This document shows positions 10,437 to 18,888 of a DNA stretch of 64,000 nucleotides, one piece after another (positions within the stretch are counted from its first letter, which is position 1; each line of letters opens with the position of its first letter). Under the pieces are notes generated by a model that was not told where the DNA came from, did no database searches, and worked only from the letters and a program-made list of their open reading frames with translations. This DNA comes from Legionellaceae bacterium (lineage in GTDB: Bacteria; Pseudomonadota; Gammaproteobacteria; UBA12402), in contig PANR01000018.1 of the NCBI GenBank assembly GCA_002707695.1, forward strand, positions 1,865 to 65,864. The letters are read 5' to 3'. The position numbers were made by a program, and so were the translations under genes.

Positions 10437-11438
10437 ATGGAAAATTTCTGGAAAAACAAGCGCGTCCTTATCACTGGCATCTGTGGCACCATTGGCCAAG
10501 AGCTATTGCGCCAACTACATGAAGCAGCGGTGTCTGAAATAGTAGGTATTGATAATAATGAAACAGGGCTTTTTTTCCTCAAACAAAAATATCAAACAAG
10601 CTCTCACATCACACTCGAGCTAGGCGATCTCAGAGACCGCGATAGGTTGATAAGCATAATGCGCGGCATTGATGTGGTATTACATGCAGCCGCCTTAAAG
10701 CACGTCGGCCTATGCGAGCAATCTCCTTCGGACGCTATTCAAACGAATATTTTAGGCACTCAAAACATTATTCAGGCCGCTATTCACAACAAAGTGGCTA
10801 GAGTGCTATACACCTCATCTGATAAAGCCGTCAACCCAACTAATGTAATGGGCACCTCAAAGCTAATGGGAGAGCGCCTCATTACAGCGGCCAACAATTT
10901 TGGCGATGGCAATACGGTATTTCTTTCAACACGATTTGGAAATGTGTTGGGGTCAAGAGGGTCGGTTATTCCACTTTTCAAAAAACAAATTGCCCAGGGA
11001 GGGCCTGTTACACTGACGCATCCTGACATGACACGCTTTATCATGACACTCTCTGAAGCCACAAAATTAGTGATTGACAGTGCCTTTCTTGGCAATGCCG
11101 GTGAAGTTATGGTGACTAAAATGCCAGCCATCAACATAAAAGATTTGGCTGAAATTATGGTTCGAGAGCTTGATCCGTCGGTGCAAATTAAGTTGATCGG
11201 TTCAAAGATTGGCGAAAAAATGTATGAAGAACTGGTTAACGAAGAAGAAGTTCGCCGAACGAGGGAAACCAATAATTATTTTATTATTGAACCTGCTTTT
11301 GCCGCTCAGCGAAGCAATGCGCCATCCATCCACTCTGCATACAATTCACAAAAAAGTAAAAAAATGTCCAGAGAAGATCTGCGAACCTATTTGAAAAAGA
11401 ATCAGCTTCTTCACGAACAAGAGGAAGTGATAGCATGA
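10437..11438 (+). CDS. UDP-sugar 4,6-dehydratase (PseB/WbjB/CapD-like soluble SDR)
   Basis: HAAALKHV, SSDKAVNPTNVMGTSK, RFGNVLGSRGSVIP, MTRF. Confidence 0.85.
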   Translation: MENFWKNKRVLITGICGTIGQELLRQLHEAAVSEIVGIDNNETGLFFLKQKYQTSSHITLELGDLRDRDRLISIMRGIDVVLHAAALKHVGLCEQSPSDAIQTNILGTQNIIQAAIHNKVARVLYTSSDKAVNPTNVMGTSKLMGERLITAANNFGDGNTVFLSTRFGNVLGSRGSVIPLFKKQIAQGGPVTLTHPDMTRFIMTLSEATKLVIDSAFLGNAGEVMVTKMPAINIKDLAEIMVRELDPSVQIKLIGSKIGEKMYEELVNEEEVRRTRETNNYFIIEPAFAAQRSNAPSIHSAYNSQKSKKMSREDLRTYLKKNQLLHEQEEVIA

Positions 11439-12580
11439 ACGTTTTAATTCTTGGTGCCGACGGTTATCTTGGCTGGCCGACAGCAATGTTTTTTGCACAA
11501 CAGGGCCACAAAGTTTGCGCGGTTGATAACTATTTGCGGCGCAAGCTGGCCGCAGCGCATCAAGCCGAAGCACTTATCCCCACGCCAGATTTACAGAAGC
11601 GTGCTGAGATTTTTAAACGTCAAACTGGCAACGCAATTGAAACACACATTGTTGATTGCGCCGACTATGAACAACTATCCAGTCTTTTTCAATCGTTTAA
11701 GCCCGATGCAGTTATCCACTATGCCGAACAACCTTCTGCGCCTTTTTCTATGCTTGGGTTTAAAAACGCCTCCTTGACCCTAAATAATAATCTTAATACG
11801 ACATTCAATGTGATTTGGGCTGTCATGGAACATGCGCCTGACTGTCACATTATCAAACTTGGCACAATGGGCGAGTATGGCACGCCAAATATTGATATCG
11901 AAGAAGGCTGGCTGAACATCACGCACAATGGCCGCTCAGATAAATTTTTATATCCCAGACAAGCGGGCAGCCTCTACCACACAACAAAAGTGTTAGATAC
12001 GGATTTACTCTGGTTCTATGTTCGCAACAATAAATTGCGCGTTACTGACCTCATGCAAGGGCCTGTATATGGACTATCAACGCCTGAAACCGAGCTAGAT
12101 GATGAGCTCTTACCTAATTTTCACTACGATGATATATTTGGCACTGTCGTTAACCGATTTCTTGTGCAAGCAGTTGCCGGCATGCCATTGACCGTTTATG
12201 GAAGTGGCGGTCAGACGCGTGGTTACCTCAATTTAAATGATACGCTACAATGCGTTAAGTTGGCGGCTGATACGCCAGCAAAACCAGGTGAGTTACGAGT
12301 ATTTAACCAGCTTACCGAATTATTTAGCGTTAACCAACTGGCCGAGAAAATCAAAAATGTTGGAGATGGCCTGAACCTAAATGTACAAATAAAATCAATC
12401 ACCAACCCACGGAAAGAAAATGAAGACCACTATTATAATGTTAAGCATCACGGCCTTGCCGAGCTAGGCTTAAAACCACACCTCATGACAGATGAAGTTA
12501 TCAAAGGCATGTTAAACAAAGTGCTTAACTTCAAAGACAACATCGATGAGTCAAAAATTCTTCCCAAAATAAAATGGTAG
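11435..12580 (+). CDS. sqdB: UDP-sulfoquinovose synthase (SqdB/SQD1/Agl3 family)
   Basis: GADGYLGWPTA, HYAEQPSAPFSM, KLGTMGEYGTPNIDIEEG, GPVYG, FGTVVNRF, NPRKE. Confidence 0.9.
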   Translation: MNVLILGADGYLGWPTAMFFAQQGHKVCAVDNYLRRKLAAAHQAEALIPTPDLQKRAEIFKRQTGNAIETHIVDCADYEQLSSLFQSFKPDAVIHYAEQPSAPFSMLGFKNASLTLNNNLNTTFNVIWAVMEHAPDCHIIKLGTMGEYGTPNIDIEEGWLNITHNGRSDKFLYPRQAGSLYHTTKVLDTDLLWFYVRNNKLRVTDLMQGPVYGLSTPETELDDELLPNFHYDDIFGTVVNRFLVQAVAGMPLTVYGSGGQTRGYLNLNDTLQCVKLAADTPAKPGELRVFNQLTELFSVNQLAEKIKNVGDGLNLNVQIKSITNPRKENEDHYYNVKHHGLAELGLKPHLMTDEVIKGMLNKVLNFKDNIDESKILPKIKW

Positions 12581-12593
12581 CTGTGTCAAACCT

Positions 12594-13574
12594 ATGATAA
12601 CTGCTAAACAGATTGTTAAAAAAAACTTAGCAAAATTATTTATTTCTCTATTGATCACCCTATTTTTAGGTGGCTTCATCGTACAGTATACCAACTTTGA
12701 AAAGTTTTTAGCAACTTTCCAAAATATTCACTGGTTTTATTTTTTGTTATCTATTGGCCTCTTCATTCTTTATCAATATATTAGACGGCTTAGGTTTCAA
12801 CTGTTAATTAACGCCAGCTGCAATCAATTACATCTTTTGAATACACAATGCATTCATTCTGCCGCAAGAAATATTTTACCCATTGGCTTAGGCGAAGCTG
12901 CATTTGTTTACTTAATGAAACGTTTTTATCGATGCAGTTATCACGAAACCACAGCTGCTATTATTATTGCAAAAATGTTAGACCTATTAATTTTGCTCTT
13001 TCTATCAACCGCATTCGTTGTGTTTCTTTCCGCAACTTTCCAAAAAAACATAATTATTGCCTTATTTGGGCTGTTGTTATTATTACTAATCTCATCAGCT
13101 GGTATTTTTTTGTTGTTACGCATCGAAAGAAACAGGCGGCTGAAGAAAAAAGATTTCAAAAACTCTTTTTTGAGCAGAAACTTAACGTTACTTGCGTCTT
13201 CCATCAGAACCGTTATAAAAAAGGGCATGAGCTACAAACTTGGCGTTTATTCAATAGCCATGATCACGGTAATGTATTTCTTTTATGTCTCTTTGTTCCA
13301 TACGCTAGGGCTCAACCTTAAATGGCATGTAACGGCAATTGCCTACTTAGTTGCTGGCGGCATTGGCTTACTACCCATAAAAGGACTTGCAAATATTGGT
13401 ACATTTGAGGCCCCCTGGTTTATCGTGTTAACCAGCTTTAATCTATCGACAGAAAAGGCCGCTATTGCTAGTTTTGGTGTACACATTTTGTTATTTGTTA
13501 GTGTATTTATTTCGCTGATAATTTCAACAAGCTTACTCATTATTTCAAAGAACCTACATAAACCACTTCAGTGA
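12594..13574 (+). CDS. lysylphosphatidylglycerol-synthase TM-domain (UPF0104-like) membrane protein, putative lipid-linked sugar flippase
   Basis: NILPIGLGEAA, KMLD, LPIKGLANIGTFEA motifs; polytopic. Confidence 0.75.
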   Translation: MITAKQIVKKNLAKLFISLLITLFLGGFIVQYTNFEKFLATFQNIHWFYFLLSIGLFILYQYIRRLRFQLLINASCNQLHLLNTQCIHSAARNILPIGLGEAAFVYLMKRFYRCSYHETTAAIIIAKMLDLLILLFLSTAFVVFLSATFQKNIIIALFGLLLLLLISSAGIFLLLRIERNRRLKKKDFKNSFLSRNLTLLASSIRTVIKKGMSYKLGVYSIAMITVMYFFYVSLFHTLGLNLKWHVTAIAYLVAGGIGLLPIKGLANIGTFEAPWFIVLTSFNLSTEKAAIASFGVHILLFVSVFISLIISTSLLIISKNLHKPLQ

Positions 13575-13667
13575 GTGCAGCAGAACTCTGCACAACAACA
13601 TCCCAGTCAAAGCATACATAAAGACTCCTAGATCAGGTAGCCTAACAGCGAGCTTTTATGCTACAGT

Positions 13668-14729
13668 ATGCCTACTATGAGCTCATTCTCACTGCTACGA
13701 ACATCTGGGTTAATTCTAGGCCTCGTTTTTCTAGTCGCCTTATTCAAAACGCTGCGCAGCACCCCTGGCCGGCGCATGTATGTTAATACTTTTTTCTTGT
13801 TGGGCTCCGGACTCATTCTTGTCTCCCTGTTTCCAAATATTATAAATTCTCCCGCTGCCTTTTTCTCACTATCGAACGTTAAAGGCGGGCGCATTATTAC
13901 TTTACTCATCGTCGCTAACATCGCCTTATTACTATTTGCACTATATATAAATAAAAGAACTTACCAGATAAAATCTCAAATCAACCAATTTATCGAAAAA
14001 GTTGTGAGCAGTGAGACATCAAAAAATGCTTCAAACGAGAATTTATCTGAATTCATTGTAGTATTAATCCCCGCATATAACGAAGCAGAAAATTTAAAAA
14101 TGTTGCTGCCTAAAATACCCAGCTCTATTCATGGAAAAATTGTAAAGGCTCTAATTGTTGATGATGGTAGCTCTGACAGTACTGGCATAGTTGCCGAAGC
14201 AAATAACGCCATTCTTATTAAGCACCCATTCAACCGCGGAGGCGGCGCAGCACTAAGAACCGGTTACCAATTTGCAAAACAAAATCATGCGACCATCATC
14301 GTTACAATGGATGCTGATGGTCAACACGACCCGCGAGAGCTTGTGAACCTGACCACTCCTCTTCTTGAAAAGAAGGCGGACTTTGTTATCGGATCAAGAA
14401 CGCTTGGCTCATTTGACAGCTACTCACGAACCAGGATTCTTGGCTTATACTTTTTTAACTTCCTTCTCACCGTGCTGATGGGAATCAAAGTCACCGACTG
14501 TTCTAGTGGCTACAGGGCATTAAACTTATCTGCGCTTAGTCAAATTAGACTGCGCCAAGATCAATACCACACTGCCGAATTAATTATTGATGCGGCAAAA
14601 AATGGGGTCAAGATACTCGACGTCCCTATTCATGTCTCGCCACGCTACAGCGGTGAAAGCAAAAAAGGACACAATCTCTTTTATGCTTTCCGATTTTTAC
14701 GAACCATATTAACTTCTTGGTGGGCGTAA
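13668..14729 (+). CDS. GT2 polyprenol-phosphate glycosyltransferase with N-terminal DUF2304-like membrane domain
   Basis: IPAYNEAE, VDDGSSD, NRGGGAAL, MDADGQH, IGSR, TDCSSGYRA, RYSGESK; hydrophobic N-terminal ~100 aa. Confidence 0.85.
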   Translation: MPTMSSFSLLRTSGLILGLVFLVALFKTLRSTPGRRMYVNTFFLLGSGLILVSLFPNIINSPAAFFSLSNVKGGRIITLLIVANIALLLFALYINKRTYQIKSQINQFIEKVVSSETSKNASNENLSEFIVVLIPAYNEAENLKMLLPKIPSSIHGKIVKALIVDDGSSDSTGIVAEANNAILIKHPFNRGGGAALRTGYQFAKQNHATIIVTMDADGQHDPRELVNLTTPLLEKKADFVIGSRTLGSFDSYSRTRILGLYFFNFLLTVLMGIKVTDCSSGYRALNLSALSQIRLRQDQYHTAELIIDAAKNGVKILDVPIHVSPRYSGESKKGHNLFYAFRFLRTILTSWWA

Positions 14730-14759
14730 TCGTTGCTCGCACGATCGCATGAGCAATTC

Positions 14760-16468
14760 TTAAAGGTAACCAATATGCTCAAGCTTTAGCAGTATTTTTT
14801 GCACAGCCTCATCCGGCAAACAATTCGCCGCGTCAATAGCAAGCTCCGGGCTTGTTGGCACTTCATAAGGATCATCAATCCCAGTGAAATTTTTTATCTC
14901 ACCTTCACGGGCTTTTTTATACAGGCCTTTCCGGTCGCGCTGTTCACACACCTCCAAGCTGGTTGACACGTATATCTCAACATAACCTGCGCCATGCTGA
15001 TCAACCAACTTCCTGACGTCTGCTCTCGCTTCTTCGTAGGGGGCAATAGGCGCACAAATAGCAACGCCACCGTGTTTGGCAATCTCACTTGCAACAAAAC
15101 CAATACGTCTAACATTGATGTTACGGTCCTCCTTAGAAAAACCTAAACCCTTTGATAACGCTTGTTTACGTATCAAGTCGCCATCAAGCAGCGTCACAGC
15201 ACGACCGCCTATTTCTAATAATTTAATCATCAATGCATTAGCGATGGTTGATTTCCCAGCACCTGACAAACCAGTAAAAAACACTACAAAACCTTGCTTA
15301 GATTTAGGAGGATGTGTTTTACGCAACTCATCGATAATTTCTGGATAAGAAAACCATGCAGGCACTTCTATACCATCACGCAAACGACGCCTAAATTCGG
15401 TGCCTGATATTGTTAGAACGGTTTCACCACCGCTTAATTTATCTTTTGGCAAGTACTGCCCTTTTTCTTCAACGTAAACTACCTCTTGAAAAGGAATCAT
15501 TTCAATACCAATCTCACCTTCATACCGCCTTATTAAATCTTGCGCATCATAAGGACCATAAAAATCTTGCCCTTGAGAATTTTTTCCAGGACCCGCGTGA
15601 TCACGCCCAACGATGAAATGAGTGCAACCATAATTTTTGCGAATGATTGCATGCCACAATGCCTCGCGCGGCCCAGCCATGCGCATCGCGAGCGGCAACA
15701 AGCTCAACATAGTTGTTTGCTCAGGATATCGCTGAAGCATTTTTTCATAGCAACGAACACGGGTGTAATGATCTATGTCGCCGGGCTTGGTCATACCAAC
15801 CACAGGATGAATCAATAAATTAGCCTCATTATCTTTAGCAGCTCTCAACGTAAGCTCTTGATGCGCACGGTGCATTGGGTTGCGCGTTTGAAACGCAACA
15901 ATTTTTTCCAACCTAACTTTTGGAACTGCGCCTTAAGCTCTGCGGGGGTGTGACGCAAATGCCGAAAATCGTAGTGCGTAGGTACAGCCGCTTTTTTAAG
16001 CTTACCACCCACATAATATTCACCCGCATGCTTGTGCAAATAACAAACAGCCGGATGTGCCATGTCATCCGCGCCAAAAACCGCCTTGGCCTCTAACGAT
16101 TTATCAGGCCGCCAGATATCGGTCACAGTTAAAATGGCAACCAACATTCCTTCTGGATCCCTTAGCGCAATTTCTGCCCCGCACTTGACTGATTGAGCAA
16201 ATAACCTCGACACATCGAGCGTAATCGGCATGGGCCAAAGTGTGCCATTTTGTAGACGCATACTGGCAAGAACGCTTTGATAATCTGCTTGAGACATGAA
16301 CCCATTCAACGGCGCAAAGCCTCCATTAATAAGTAATTCAAGATCACAAAGTTGTCGGGGTGCAAGAGACCATTCAAGCATAGCCGCTTCTTTTTGGTCA
16401 TTAGTTTGCTTTAGACCCAACATTAAATCAGATATTTTTTCATCAAATGGTGTAATTTCTTCACCCAT
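14760..16468 (-). pseudogene. bifunctional sulfate adenylyltransferase/adenylylsulfate kinase (Sat-CysC), split by a 1-nt frameshift at 15902-15907
   Basis: N-half (CDLELL.NGGFAPLNGFM, WPMPITL) in one frame; AFQTRNPMHRAH, GRDHAG, TGLSGAGKST, DRKGLY in another; one extra A restores GWKKIVAFQTRN. May be an assembly error rather than a real pseudogene. Confidence 0.8.
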
Positions 16469-16730
16469 CTCTCACCTCACACATGAAACCATAGCAAACA
16501 TAAGTTGCTTCCAACTAACGTTTACTTTGTCTCGCATAGTAAACTAATCAGGACTTGACTTCATCATCGGCCAGTCAATTTAATAAAAAGTAAAATATGA
16601 TTTAACCACCCATTTTCTTATTCCCCAACCATTTCAGAAATTTCACCAGCACTTTTATTGCTCTAAGCTTGCAAATCAATTACTATTTGCTCAAATCCCC
16701 TGTCAACTAGAGCAAGAAGGATAGCAAAAC

Positions 16731-16979
16731 TTGATAAAACCAACAGATGCAAGGCGACGAAGCTTTCTCAAAGCCTTGAGCTGGCGATGCTTGGCTACAC
16801 TCACAACTTTTCTTATCAGTTATGTCGTAACGGGCAACTTTGCTTTTGCTGCCTCTATCGGTGGCCTTGAAGTCATTGCAAAAATTATTCTGTATTACTT
16901 TCATGAAAGAGCGTGGAATCAAGCCAGATTTTGGCAACATGTAAAACAACCAGATGAGCCTGCAGCGGATGCAAAATAG
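16731..16979 (+). CDS. DUF2061-family small membrane protein
   Basis: RSFLKALSWR and YYFHERAW motifs; next to sulfur genes. Confidence 0.8.
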   Translation: MIKPTDARRRSFLKALSWRCLATLTTFLISYVVTGNFAFAASIGGLEVIAKIILYYFHERAWNQARFWQHVKQPDEPAADAK

Positions 16980-17712
16980 CCCTCGATTTGCTAGCCCTGA
17001 TAGCCTAGAAATTCAGACAAAAAAATTAGAGACTTTTACGCCGCAAGAAATTCTGGCTTGGGCCTGGAATGAATACGCACCTCGAGTAAAAGTTGCCACC
17101 GGCTTTGGCGCCGAGGGCATGGTTTTAATTCACATGCTTGCCGAAATCGCGCCTCAAATATCTGTGTTTAATTTAGACACTGGTTATCAATTTCCTGAAA
17201 GCCTGTCACTCAAAGAAGCCGTTAAAAAACGCTATGGTATTGATATCAAACTTGTGCAGCCAGAAACTTCCGTAACAGACTATGAAAAAATTCATGGTGG
17301 CCCTGTTTATTTAACCGACGCAAATCAATGCTGTCATGATAGAAAAGTAACTGTCTTAAAAAAAGCACTGCAAGGAACCTCTGCCTGGCTAACTGCGATT
17401 AGGCGAGACCAGAGCCCAACCCGATCTAATGTGCCCATTTTGGGCTGGGATAAACAATTTAACCTTGTCAAAATCAACCCACTCGCCAACTGGAACAAGC
17501 ATGACGTATGGGCATTTATAAAAAAATACAACATTCCCTACAACCCCTTATATGATCAAGGCTATACCAGCATTGGGTGCTGGCCTTGCACAAAAAAACC
17601 CAATAATAGTGACGAACGATCCGGACGGTGGTCAGGGAGCGAGAAAACTGAATGTGGCATTCACCACCCAAACTTGAAAATCAATTCAACTCACTCACTA
17701 AAGTCTCAATAA
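16954..17712 (+). CDS. cysH: APS/PAPS reductase, Fe-S-cluster type
   Basis: LDTGYQFPE, CCHDRKV, YTSIGCWPCT, RSGRW..KTECGIH. Confidence 0.92.
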   Translation: MSLQRMQNSPRFASPDSLEIQTKKLETFTPQEILAWAWNEYAPRVKVATGFGAEGMVLIHMLAEIAPQISVFNLDTGYQFPESLSLKEAVKKRYGIDIKLVQPETSVTDYEKIHGGPVYLTDANQCCHDRKVTVLKKALQGTSAWLTAIRRDQSPTRSNVPILGWDKQFNLVKINPLANWNKHDVWAFIKKYNIPYNPLYDQGYTSIGCWPCTKKPNNSDERSGRWSGSEKTECGIHHPNLKINSTHSLKSQ

Positions 17713-18772
17713 TTAGATCCTGCTGACTCGCATTAATATATGGATGCATCGGCAAACTTAGCACTTGACCTGACAATTCTTCAGAGGTGAAAAGCTTGTC
17801 AGAACAAATGATTTGTTCTTTGTAAGCAGGCTGTTTATGTAGAGGCTCAGGATAATGCACAATACTCGGAATTCCCTGTTTTTTTAAAGCGAGCATCGCG
17901 CTATCTCTATCCTCAAGTCTGATGACGTACTGCGCATACACACTTCTGCCAAATGCTTCCACGAAAGGTAATTGAATGTTTGTACCCAATCCTGTATTAT
18001 AACGATCAGCCACTTGTTGTCGCAACTCAATTTCTTCCGGAAAAATTTTTAATTTTTCTAATAAAATTGCGGCCTGAATGGTATCTAATCGAGAATTCAT
18101 TCCCACCCTAACATGCTGATACTTTTGCGCTTGGCCATGCACATGAATCTGCTTCATTCTTTCAGCTAACTCATCATCATCGGTAAAGCAGGCACCACCA
18201 TCACCATAACATCCAAGCGGTTTTGCAGGGAAAAAACTTGTTGTCGCAATCGTCGACAAATGGCAAGATCGCCGCCCCTTATATGTTGCCCCCATGCTTT
18301 GTGCAGCATCTTCGATAACCGGCAAATTGTGCTTCTTCGCGATTTGATTAATCGCATCAAAATCGCAGCACTGACCAAACAAATTCACAGGGACAATTGC
18401 TTTTGTTTTGGATGTGATAGCCGATTCCAGTTTAGACACATCTAGATTGAATGTTCTCTCATCGACATCAACCAACACGGGTGTGGCTCCCAAGAAAACA
18501 ATCATTTCAAGAGCAGCAATGTAGGAAAAAGCGGGGGCAATCACTTCATCGCCAGGGCCAATATCAAGCGCCATCATGGCAATCAGCAAAGCATCAGTAC
18601 CGTTGGCTACTGCGATACAATGCCGACTGTCAACAAATTGAGACAACGCTTCTTCAAGCTGCATCACCTCAGGACCCATGATATATTTCCCATGATCCAA
18701 TACTCTTTTAATGGCAGATTCTATTGGTTGTCTAATTTTTTTTTGTTGTGCTTCAATATCAATAAACTTCAC
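17681..18772 (-). CDS. wbpE: DegT/DnrJ aminotransferase, WbpE-like
   Basis: NGTDAL, IEDAAQSMGA, TSFFPAKPLGCYGDGG, NSRLDTIQAA. Confidence 0.85.
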   Translation of the reverse strand: MKFIDIEAQQKKIRQPIESAIKRVLDHGKYIMGPEVMQLEEALSQFVDSRHCIAVANGTDALLIAMMALDIGPGDEVIAPAFSYIAALEMIVFLGATPVLVDVDERTFNLDVSKLESAITSKTKAIVPVNLFGQCCDFDAINQIAKKHNLPVIEDAAQSMGATYKGRRSCHLSTIATTSFFPAKPLGCYGDGGACFTDDDELAERMKQIHVHGQAQKYQHVRVGMNSRLDTIQAAILLEKLKIFPEEIELRQQVADRYNTGLGTNIQLPFVEAFGRSVYAQYVIRLEDRDSAMLALKKQGIPSIVHYPEPLHKQPAYKEQIICSDKLFTSEELSGQVLSLPMHPYINASQQDLIIETLVSELN

Positions 18773-18826
18773 ACCCTTCCCCTCCGCCTATAACCCACTG
18801 ACCCATACACCAGGTTGCAACAGGAA

Positions 18827-18855
18827 TTGAATACGCTCTAAAAGTATCATAGAAT
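18827..18855 (+). promoter_or_regulatory. putative sigma70 promoter of GT-C paralog 2
   Basis: TTGAAT(18827-32)-N17-TAGAAT(18850-55); shares taaaagtaYcatagaatca with the 7376-7404 element. Confidence 0.6.
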
Positions 18856-18888
18856 CAGCTCCTCGACAAAGGGCGGGGGCATAAATTA

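Noticed and set aside
10784..11272. Longer antisense or alternate-frame ORFs (also 12848-13321, 28458-28865, 51083-51889)
   Set aside because: Fully overlap well-supported genes; no motifs or RBS
15880..15915. Canonical programmed -1 ribosomal frameshift in sat-cysC
   Set aside because: No in-frame X XXY YYZ heptamer or obvious stimulatory structure; kept only as an unresolved frameshift
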